64,000 bases of DNA. It comes from Octopus bimaculoides. Its lineage: Eukaryota. Every line of letters starts with the position of its first letter. Position 1 is the stretch's first letter. The position numbers were made by a program, and so were the translations under genes. Below, in pieces: positions 53,736 to 63,660 of this stretch. Under the pieces are notes generated by a model. The model was given only the letters and a program-made list of their open reading frames with translations. It was not told the DNA's origin and did not search any database. The stretch is from the NCBI RefSeq assembly GCF_001194135.2, contig NC_068995.1:657083-721082 (forward strand), given 5' to 3'.

Positions 53736-54241
53736 ACAATTATAATGATATTAATAATAATCATGCTTATTATTATTCTCATCCGTAATGTAGTCCTGTA
53801 TAATCTCTGAGCCAAAAGTTAAATTACGGTAGAGTTATCCTTTAGGAAATAATATTAATAATACATACTGATTTCTTATATTCGAAGATCATCACCTTGA
53901 TCATCATTATAACACCACAATGAGAGTGTTAAAGATTTGAGAATGATATAATTCATCAACGATCAGTTATATTGATCATATAAACCACTTTGGAGCGATT
54001 ACTGGACGTTCCAGCTGATCCTTATTAACTCTTGTTCGTTGGTGAAAGCCAACACACAAACTGTCGTATGTGATGGCTTTATAACATCAGAAAACGTATC
54101 TCATTCTCTTGGTATGAAATACGTAGGCTCGGAATGTATACTCGCCTCTGTATAATTCTAAGAAATGTAGCATATTCCAATTCAAAGTTCACTTTAAAAT
54201 GTTGTACATATTTCATATCTTCTTCGCTATATCTTTTTCAG

Positions 54242-54253
54242 CTCCTCGACCTG
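54242..54253 (+). CDS. Candidate microexon A3, 12 nt (phase 1: APRP; phase 0: LLDL)
   Basis: tcatatcttcttcgctatatctttttcag|CTCCTCGACCTG|gtgagt. Confidence 0.62.
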
Positions 54254-55131
54254 GTGAGTCTCTTTCTTCCTATCTCTCCTAATCGCTATCTCACTCTCTT
54301 TCTTCCTCTTTACATATCTATTATATATATAATATATATAAACATATATATGCATACACATACATACCTTTTATTCAATTTCTTTTTCATTCTTGGTTTG
54401 TTTCAATTCAGTTCTTACAGAACTTCCATTCGTCTTTCTATCCATTCTCGCATTCCTTCCGTTTCATTTTTTTTTTTTTTTACCAATTTTTAATGGTTCT
54501 TTACTTTTGAATCTGTTCTGTATTGCAAACAGCAAAACCTGCAATACTCTTGTGGTCCATATTTTTACATTAAAATACATAATTCAAACCAAACTGCTCG
54601 TTTATTATACATATAACTGCAGTGTCAATATTTTTCTAATTTATAACTTTATATGATTATAATAATTTGGTTACATATAAATTCTAACCTTAATCATATA
54701 TGTGGGGCACGTCGATTAATTAACCTAATTACTATCTTATAAATCACAGTCTGGGACAAATCATTTATTTTCCAAGATATAATTGAATACATGGTTTCTT
54801 CAAACGATATTTAGTTATTGGACGGACTGATAGCAACCACGATAGATGATCTGTGGTTGGCATTATTTTATGCATATGCACTACTCTAACCATTTGTATC
54901 GAGTGCATTTTTTTTTCATGATGCTGTCTAAAATTCAGAACATTCAGAAATTTCTGCCATTGAAAAATGCTTCAAGAATCCGTGTTAGGGTTATACATTT
55001 TAATTGACAATATATCTCAAGGAAAACTTTGAAAATATATACTACGGAACACGAAAACAGTGTATTTCAATTGTTAGTTCACTTAAAAACATCGTAAACA
55101 TTTTATATTTTCTGCACTATATTTTTTGCAG

Positions 55132-55143
55132 CATATCGAATTG
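55132..55143 (+). CDS. Candidate microexon A4, 12 nt (phase 1: AYRI; phase 0: HIEL)
   Basis: ttatattttctgcactatattttttgcag|CATATCGAATTG|gtgagt. Confidence 0.6.
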
Positions 55144-56401
55144 GTGAGTCTAATTTCTCCTCTGTCTCTCACTCTATTTATANNNNNNNNNNTCTTCTCT
55201 TCTCTTTATATATATATATATATATATAACTTCCATGTTCTTTACTTATATCATTTAAAATTCATTTATTCTTTAATTGTTTCACTTCCATCAATTTTCT
55301 TCAAATTCTGGCATTGCTTTCATTCATTTACTTTTCGTTTTTGCATCGCTTCTCGTCACTTTCTCTTCATTCATTTAATATATCAAATTTCTAAGGATGG
55401 TTATACACATACATCTCTGTTTCGTGTTGCAAAACACCGTACTGATCTTTCGCTCCTTAATTTTGCAATAAAATGCATCACTCTCCCGATTGAAATAGAC
55501 ATAACTCCAATACTTACTTCTACTTACGTCTTAATTTTCATTATGCTTATAATATTAATAATAGTAATTATAATTATTACTATGATCATAATATTTGCCA
55601 TCATTGTTACTATTATTATAATAATCACAATTAGTTCATATTATTTGCATTTTCAAAGTTATTGCAATTATCTTCCATAATTTATTTCGTTATAATCTCA
55701 AGCCCAAGAAGTTTAATAACAGAATAAACAGTTCTTTTAACAAATAATAGTAAAAAATAAATGTTGATGTCTTAGATGTGACGGTGATGATGATAATAAT
55801 TTGTGGAGATAGTTCAGGTAAATTACCAACGACAGGTTATGTTTGACAAGCAAATTATTTTTGAGAAATTACCGCACTCAATCGGGTGCCTAGCTGGGCT
55901 TTAATAGAAACATCTAAAGCTAACTAGTAAATTATCATATGTAATAAATATATATATATATATATCAATAACAATACAAGCAAACGAGCTTCATTACGTC
56001 ATGTGAATCATATAACAAATTCTACAATCATTTGTAGTAACCTTAAATTATAATGAACAATAACGTATACATACGTGTGTGCATACATAGGCAAAGTAAT
56101 ATGTAGTACAAGTCTTCTGGCTCTGTTTACATAAAATTTTTCTGGCTTAAATTACAAATTCTGAACCTCACCGTTATTCTAAGAACTCTAGTTTCTGCAC
56201 ACGAATGCACGCCTAATCTCTTACTTCGAATCCTCTTTAATTATGCTTTATTAGACCTGAAGCTTCCATTCGTTTTTGCACCTTTTCATCAAAAAATATA
56301 TCACACGATATATATGTGCGTGTGCGAAACGAAGAAATTTTTCTTCAAACCCAGGTCCTCTTGGAAACATTTCATTATCTCATTTGCATTATTGCTTTCA
56401 G

Positions 56402-56413
56402 CATCACAAGTTG
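56402..56413 (+). CDS. Candidate microexon A5, 12 nt (phase 1: ASQV; phase 0: HHKL), weaker donor
   Basis: tcattatctcatttgcattattgctttcag|CATCACAAGTTG|gttggt. Same position within the cassette as the other copies. Confidence 0.45.
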
Positions 56414-56429
56414 GTTGGTTACACACACA

Positions 56430-56444
56430 CTCTCTCTCTATATA

Positions 56445-56483
<39 letters not shown>

Positions 56484-56815
56484 CTCTATATATATATATC
56501 TATCTATCTCTCTCTATATATATATCTATCTATCTCTCTATATCTATCTCTCTCTATATCTATCTATCTCTCTCTCTATATATATCTATCTATCTCTCTA
56601 TATCTATCTCTCTCTATATATATCTATCTCTCTCTCTATATATATATCTATCTATCTCTCTCTCNNNNNNNNNNNNNNNNNNNNNNNNNNNNNNNNNNNN
56701 NNNNNNNNNNNNNNNNNNNNNNNNNNNNNNNNNNNNNNNNNNNNNNNNNNNNNNNNNNNNNNNNCTCTCTATATCTATCTCTCTCTATCTCTCTATATCT
56801 ATCTCTCTCTCATTG
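56430..56815. repeat. Compound (TC)n/(TA)n/(TATC)n microsatellite with an internal gap
   Basis: Direct reading; it produces the SLSLYIYLS ORFs. Confidence 0.9.
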
Positions 56816-57731
56816 CTTCTAATCACGTTCTTTACATTCTCGCATTGTTCCAACTCATTTTCCTTTCATTCTTTTCTATTACCATTTTATTTACCAATTT
56901 TTACTGCTGCTTTTATTCTTTTGCAATCTCTGCTTCCTATTGCTATAAACACCGTATCGCTTTCCTTCCCATTATTATTATTATCAAATATTTTTTGTTA
57001 TCTCTATCACATCTGTTATATCTTTGTTACATCTTTTACAATACATGTAACCCCAACATTGATTTCATCTTTATTTTCATTGTTTATATCATTATAATTA
57101 TTTTGTTATTTTCACACGTCATCTATGCATTTCAATATAATTTCTAACTCAAATCATTAAGAGTAAAGAGTGAAATACCTGATGTCTTTATGAAACAATA
57201 TTAACGAAGATGACGACGATGAGGATTACTGAAAAATCTTCATTCAATCTTCCAACGATAAATGACATCTGCCACAGATTTTATCTTGGCAGGAGGTATA
57301 ATCACTGCATCCAATTTTAACAGAATGCAATACTCTAGCTAAGCCTTGCCCTCAATAACTAAAGTCACCTGAACAGTTCCCCCCTACAGCGTTTTTTTCG
57401 CGAATAACAGAAAGCGTAACATATTGTGTTCGTTTTATCACATACTGAATCAAATAATGATAGTAGTTGAAAATCATACGTGTGTGTGTGTAGGGGTTCT
57501 GCATTTAAATATACTGGCACAAGAGAAACAATTGTCAATAATGTATCGTGTAATCATCAATTAAAGATGGAATTTCCTCCATTCTTGCTCATATTGTTAT
57601 ATATACATATACCATACACATATATGCACACACACACTGTATATATATATATATAGACAGTATATTCCAATTCAAAGCTCGTTTGAAATTTTCGTTATAC
57701 GTTTCACATTTTGTTCATATCTCTCTTGCAG

Positions 57732-57743
57732 CATCGAAAGCTG
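57732..57743 (+). CDS. Candidate microexon A6, 12 nt (phase 1: ASKA; phase 0: HRKL)
   Basis: tcacattttgttcatatctctcttgcag|CATCGAAAGCTG|gtgagt. Confidence 0.6.
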
Positions 57744-57978
57744 GTGAGTCATACAAGAATCTAGACGCACACATTTACACATACATACACACATTTACAC
57801 AAACACACACATTCATACTCATATATTCTAAATATATACGCATCGCTTCCATTTATTTAATAATCCTTGTTGCAATGCTTCTATTCATTTTCTTTTCATT
57901 TCATTCTTTTTTTTATCAACTTTTGGAGTTCTTTATGTACATACTTACACACACACAGATATATATTCTTACATATAT

Positions 57979-58367
57979 TCTCTTTTACTCTTTTACTTGT
58001 TTCAGTCATTTGACTGCGGCCATGCTGGAGCACCGCCTTTAGTCGAATCAAATCAACCCCAGGACTTATTCTTTGTAAGCCTAGTACTTATTCTATCGGG
58101 TCACTTTTTGCCGAACCGCTAAGTTACGGGGACATGATCAAGCCATGCTGGGTGGGCAGGACAAACACAGACACACAAACACATACATATATATACATAT
58201 ATACGACGGACTTCTTCCAGTTTCCATCTACCAAATCCACTCACAAGGCTTTGGTCGGCCCGAGGCTATAGTAGAAGACACTTGCCCAAGGTGCCACGCA
58301 GTGGGACTGAACCCGGAACCATGTGGTTGGTAAGCAAGCTACTTACCACACAGCCACTCCTGCGCCT
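57979..58367 (-). mobile_element. Near full-length tRNA-derived SINE (family A)
   Basis: Minus strand reads ggcgcaggagtggctgtgtggtaagtagcttgcttaccaaccacatggttccgggttcagtcccactgcgtggcaccttgggcaagtgtc...gaaacaagtaaaagagtaaaaga. It has an A/B-box-like head, an internal microsatellite and a repeated tail. Confidence 0.85.
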
Positions 58368-59805
58368 ATATAGTGAAAAAAAAACAGAAAGAGTACAGTA
58401 AACTTACCATGGCGAGTGGAAAATCGAACGTTTTGGACCGATACCTTCATCGGGAAAAAAATTGAGAAAAGAGAAAATAATGCGATACGTCAGCTTTTTA
58501 TATTCCCAGAACAAAAAGAAAAACTGGTTCAATAATTTTTCTCTGAGACATCGGACTTTTCCACACCTCACAGCAAGTTCACTGCACTCTTTCTGCCGAT
58601 TTAACTAAATCTTACAAATCTTGCTGACGCAGGCCAACACCAGTTTCATTGGCGTCGATTTGGAGCGCGCGTGTATGTAATATATATATACACGTTTATG
58701 TAATGATGGAACTAAGTTCCCTGCACGCAAACTAGCGGGATGGTCAGAGCTGCAATGGCTTTGCTCATCGCTCTGCTCGCTAATTGCTTACCAATTAGTC
58801 AATTACTGTGAACAACAGCAAACATCAACAACTTGTTCAGTTATTTTATTTCCTCTAATCGTATTGCTTGTTGTTGCAGAAGCAACAGACCTCAACTTAA
58901 ACAGCTAATTTATGCTTCTCGCCTCAAAATGTCTTTGGGAAACCTGAGACCAAAGTACACCAAAAAGCTTTCGCCTCATGCGTCTAATCTCCGAATCGAA
59001 GCATTCAAAAACTCGTCACACACACACACACACACACCGGATCGATTGCTTTGTTGTAATCATTGCAGTTCTCTGCTCTCTCATTTCAAATTCCAGTTCG
59101 CTCATTTTTGTCTCTCGTTGTTTATGGGTTGATAAATAGAAATCTATTTGGGTTGTTTCTCCCTCTTCAGACGAGAATCGACTCCACTTGAAGATTAGCA
59201 CGTATAATGTATCATACATATTTAGTTTTACACCTCTCTTTCTCTCTCTCACGCCTATCATACTTTCACTTTTTCTCGTTACGCTCTCATTTTTCAGTTT
59301 CTCTCTCTGTCCAGCTATTGATCGATCGATCTTTTTGATTATTTATCTTTCTACCTATCTATATAATTATATTCTTTGTACGCAGCTATTAATTTTTCTG
59401 TCCATGTCACCCAATGCAGTCAACTGACATTAATTATAACAACATATTCCTTCAACATCCCGCAGAATCTTTAAAAGTAAGACATTGCCGAGAGGTGGCG
59501 TTACTGAACTGTCGTGTTCGTATGTATTTATGACTATGTGTGTAGATGCATCCGTCAACGCATGTGAGTACGTATATGCGTCCATATATGTATAAGTTTG
59601 TGGATAAATCTGGGTGCGTGTGTGTGTTTGAACGCGTAAGTCGACGAATATTTGCTTGTATGTAGGTGTGTACGTATCTGTTCTGATTCAATCTAAGGCT
59701 GTATGTGTGGGAGTGCATGCGTGTATATTATATTATATATATATATAGTCACATGTATATGAATTTCTTTCTCTAGGTGAGCAATACCTAAAAATACAAT
59801 CAGTA

Positions 59806-60024
59806 GAGGGTGGCCCAAAAGTAGGTTCACTGTTATCACGTACGCACTTGAAATTTCTTGTAAAAAATTTAAATCTCACAAACTGAAAAAGGAGCTTGAC
59901 AAAATTAACTAAATTAGCATAAAATAATGGTTTTATATTTGTTTTTATAATTGAGATCTAAACTTAATATATGAATGCGAAAGAGAAAGTTGAATAACTG
60001 TAAACCTACTTTTGGGCCACCCTG
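59806..60024. mobile_element. Tc1/mariner-type MITE, 219 bp, TA target duplication
   Basis: TA|gagggtggcccaaaagtaggttcactgttat ... ataactgtaaacctacttttgggccaccctg|TA. TIRs of about 30 bp with few mismatches; no ORF. Confidence 0.8.
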
Positions 60025-60250
60025 TACTTTCCATAAAATCAATATCAATACAGTTGATGGCATAAACTCACCCCCACCCTATCGATCACTAAATAACAAA
60101 AATAAAAGAAAATGCAATAAAGCTCATCTCAACGAAACAAACGCTACATCGGAGACACGTCTAACATGGAACGGTTTTTAACGGAACGTAAAGTATGCTT
60201 GTCTTGTGTTTACTGTTAGCATGTTATACTACGTACATATGAAACATATA

Positions 60251-60283
<33 letters not shown>

Positions 60284-61029
60284 GTTGTTCTGTTCAGCAT
60301 GGTTGAAGGAGTTTTTGGTTGTCAACTGACAAATATTGTTTTTACAGGAATTATGATCAAAACCAAATTCTCCGTTGCTAACGCTTTATTCTTACGTTTA
60401 TTTGCCACCTCTCAAGTGTTTGTTTGTATGTGCGAGTGTGTGTACCTGTATACATGTTTGTGTATGTATATAATGTATGCATATACATATATATTCATAT
60501 ATATCTATCTATACACACACATATATGTGTGTGTATATATATATATACATATACACGCCTGTGGTTGTTTATATATGATTTATGTGTTGTTCGTTATGTT
60601 ACGTTTGTTATGAAATAATATCTTAATTATGTTATGACAAAGTTCTGTTATTTAACATGTTATGTTTATGGTATGTATATACTACTTTGCATTATCGTGC
60701 GCATAAATTTAGATATACATAACACGCTGCATTGTTTGTTGCAAATTCTATACAAAACAAAGGATTATCGATAATCTTTCATGTCTGTCTGTCTGTCTCT
60801 CTATTTTCCCTTTATTTCGCTGTCTCGTTATTTATTGTCACTTCTTTATTTTTGTGGCTTTTATTGTATATTATTATCATTTCTATTATTGTTGTTGCTA
60901 TTACTATTATTCTAATTATTATTATCAGAAGCGATTTTATTTTTAGTATTATATCATTTATTGTTATTACTATTTTTATCATTTATTTTTGAGGTTGTTG
61001 CTATCATTATTATTACTATTATTATTATC

Positions 61030-61540
61030 ATTTCAAGTTCTCACAAGTGTTTCATGAAGAAGGTGAGAATAGAGAGGGAGATGCTGCCTTGTAGTGCGTT
61101 TATTGAAAGGTGAATGAGAGTGGCAAGACTGGATGTCCCCCACCCCTGTGAGTATTTAATTCTAAGTAGGAGAAAACTAGAAGAGGGTTCTTTCGACACG
61201 TTGGAGGCGGCAGAGTTATCGGCTCATTTCAGTATCAGCATCCTTGGACTTAGATTCTTCACCAACTTCTGGATGTTTATTTGATTAGAAGAAATCGAAA
61301 TATGTATCAGAGTTCAGATATTTTCGGTCAATTCCTTGATAATTATGTCTGAATGGTTCACTTAGATTTCCTTGTCAGTCTGGACAGCCAAGCCCCAGGT
61401 GATTGTAGACATATCGTTGTCAGGGACATCTTTCAGTATATAACTGTAATTCTCATCTGTTAACAAACTGAACTGTCGCCATATTGCCCAGTCGACTTAG
61501 CCGTTGATTCGATCTTCTCTATGAATATATTTATTCTTAG
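61030..61540 (-). mobile_element. Decayed 3' end of an R4/Dong-like (RLE-endonuclease) non-LTR retrotransposon with an (AAT)n tail
   Basis: Minus-strand translation YIHREDRING*VDWAIWRQF...STITWGLAVQTDKEI*VNHSDIIIKELTENI*TLIHISISSNQ resembles, from recall, the RHD...HW...ILWDF.IQTD..I..N.PDI..D restriction-like endonuclease region. Three in-frame stops; an ATT-rich tract adjoins at about 60860-61030. Confidence 0.65.
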
Positions 61541-61611
61541 AAGGAACGGTCAGTTGTCCTTTTGCACAGATTGAATCGTCTGCACTTGATGTTAAAATTT
61601 GATTGTGACGG

Positions 61612-61790
61612 TGGTATATTGGCAGAATCGTGAGAACGCCAGAAAAAGAATGCCTTGTAGAATTTCTTCAAGCTCTTCACAATCTGAGTTCAAATCTTGC
61701 AGTGATCAAGTTCGCTTTTCATACTTCCAGCACCGATAAAATAAAATACCAGTAAAATACGAGGGTCCATAGTATCGACTAATTCCTCTT
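61612..61790 (+). mobile_element. Family B SINE
   Basis: ttggcagaatcgtgagaacgcc...ctgagttcaaatcttgc...gcttttcatac...gataaaataaaataccag. Confidence 0.7.
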
Positions 61791-62069
61791 TGTTGTTGTA
61801 GTTAGTTACCAGTTTGTGTGTTAATGCGTTCATATTTAGAAAACATTCGTTTATGACATAAACGGGTTTCGTTTGTTTTAAAGTATTTTTTTAGTCCTGC
61901 TTTTATTGGTTTGTAGTTTATTTTATTTATCCCATCATGCACATCCATTGTGGGCAAGATATGTATTATCTATCTATATCAGCTTTGGGTTAGTGGCTTT
62001 TTACTTAGGAGAATAAGGAATAGTTTATCTATAATAGAAAGATACGTGTTACGTGTATATGTGTGTCTG

Positions 62070-62111
<42 letters not shown>

Positions 62112-62574
62112 GGTCATACACGTTTGTGCGTAAGTGAGTGTGTGGATGTACATGTAAGTTATAAGCAGATGTATCGTCTCATGGTACGTTCATACTAGAA
62201 CAATGTTGGTGGCGGGGTTTATTCTATATCACATGGCAAATATGCTGCAATAGGAATTAAGATAAACGAGTGCGAAGATAATTAGAAGACAAGATCAACA
62301 CGGAGCCAGCAGCAGGTAACGAGAACGACCTCACCGGTTCTTACTTATATAGGCACACAAGTGTTACGCGATGGGGGGTGGGGGGGACAGAAATTTTCCC
62401 GATACGTGGGGAGTATTACAAACACAAACACACATCGTTGTTAGTGAAGAACATGAGTCAAACGTCCTTGGCACGTAAACACGGAAGTTCTTAAACGACC
62501 TTCAGAGAAAGTCATTTCTAATATGAGAGAGATAAGAGAGGTTTAGCTAAGCGTTGTATGCGCGTGTGCATGCA

Positions 62575-62608
<34 letters not shown>

Positions 62609-62619
62609 ATTTAAGAAAT

Positions 62620-62800
62620 TTATCTTACTCTTTTGCTCGTTTCAAACACTGAACGGCGGCCATGCTGGAGCACCGTCTTGAAATGTTGAGTCATCCAAAT
62701 TGACTCCTGTTCTTGCTTTAAGTCTCGTACTAATCTCATTGAGCTCTTTTTGTCGAACCCTCAAGTCACAGGGACATAAGAATCAGTGCCAGTTTTCAAG
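62620..62800 (-). mobile_element. Family A SINE, 3' half
   Basis: tactcttttgctcgtttcaaacactgaacggcggccatgctggagcaccgtc...tttttgtcgaaccctcaagtcacagggac. Confidence 0.7.
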
Positions 62801-62849
62801 CGATGAAAGACAAGCGCGCGCGCACACACACATACATACACATATACAA

Positions 62850-63032
62850 ATATATACATATGCATACATATATATATACATATGCATACATATATATATA
62901 CATATGCATACATATATATATACATATGCATACATATATATATACATATGCATACATATATATATACATATGCATACATATATACATGCATATATATATA
63001 TACATATGCATACATATATACATGCATATATA
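62850..63032. repeat. Minisatellite of ~20-22-bp unit (tatacatatgcatacatata)n
   Basis: Unit visibly iterated; it produces the [15 protein letters not shown] ORFs. Confidence 0.85.
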
Positions 63033-63034
63033 TC

Positions 63035-63424
63035 ATTTATTTCTCAAACGCGTGATAATGCTATAAATAGCGTGATCAAGATGAATAATCCATATATTGC
63101 AGAAAAATACGTTACTGGCCAGCCATGAGACTCACATCTGTGATTACGCGTCAAGTGTTTTACCATTAAACTAAACTGCTTGTTTACTTTCATCGTAAAG
63201 TTGAATTTAACGTTAGCGTCTTATGAAGCTAAATTTATAAGTTCTAAAATTGCAGAAGAATTCGTTGCTGGGCAGTTTAGTTTAATTGTAAAACACTTGA
63301 CGCGTAATCACAGAGATGTGAGTTCGAGTCTCATGGCTGGGCAGTAACGTATTTTTCTGCAATATATGAATAATTTATCCTGATCACGCTATTTATAGCA
63401 TTATCACGTGTTTGAGAAATAAAT
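63035..63424. mobile_element. Foldback element with ~145-bp inverted arms containing a tRNA-like sequence
   Basis: 63035-63179 is the reverse complement of 63272-63424 apart from a few substitutions and two small deletions; spacer about 90 bp. Confidence 0.8.
63272..63342 (+). pseudogene. tRNA-like sequence (Thr-CGT-like) in the right arm of the foldback element
   Basis: gcagtttagtttaattgtaaaacacttgacgCGTaatcacagagat GTGAG TTCGAGT CTCAT ggctg. T-arm and B-box intact, CAGTT/GGCTG partial acceptor stem, poor anticodon stem. Confidence 0.45.
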
Positions 63425-63469
63425 CTATTTCTGTATCTTATATATATATATGTGTGTGTGTGTGTATCT

Positions 63470-63499
<30 letters not shown>

Positions 63500-63508
<9 letters not shown>

Positions 63509-63660
63509 TTATGTTTGCATTTGTCCCGTCACCGTAACTTAACAGTGCGACAATAGAGATCGATAGAATAATTACCAGTCTTTAAAAAGTAAGTTCGTCT
63601 AAAACCCCTCAATATGGTGCCGCAGTCCAATGGTTGAAACAAGTAAAAGATAAAGGTAGA
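63500..63660 (+). mobile_element. Family A SINE, 3' half
   Basis: tttgtcccgtcaccgtaacttaacagtgcg...gatagaataattaccagtc...tccaatggttgaaacaagtaaaagataaa. Confidence 0.65.

Larger units (their letters stand above)
48690..57930 (+). repeat. Diverged tandem array of intronic cassettes carrying the microexons
   Basis: Motifs recur across the array: tatcttcc(a/t)taat(a/t)tattt...(c)taacc/aagccc at about 49200, 52800 and 55670; gatgat...aatttgtgga...aggtaaatta at about 52105 and 55790; atattccaattcaaag(t/c)tc at about 54172 and 57661; aatgc.tcaagaat at about 48750, 51229 and 54966; aacagaatgc...agct at about 49444 and 57320. Confidence 0.75.

Noticed and set aside
60348-60420. tttttacag|GAATTATG… phase-1 open segment (GIMIKTKFSVANALF…)
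   Set aside because: No Ig24 motifs and only a weak donor.
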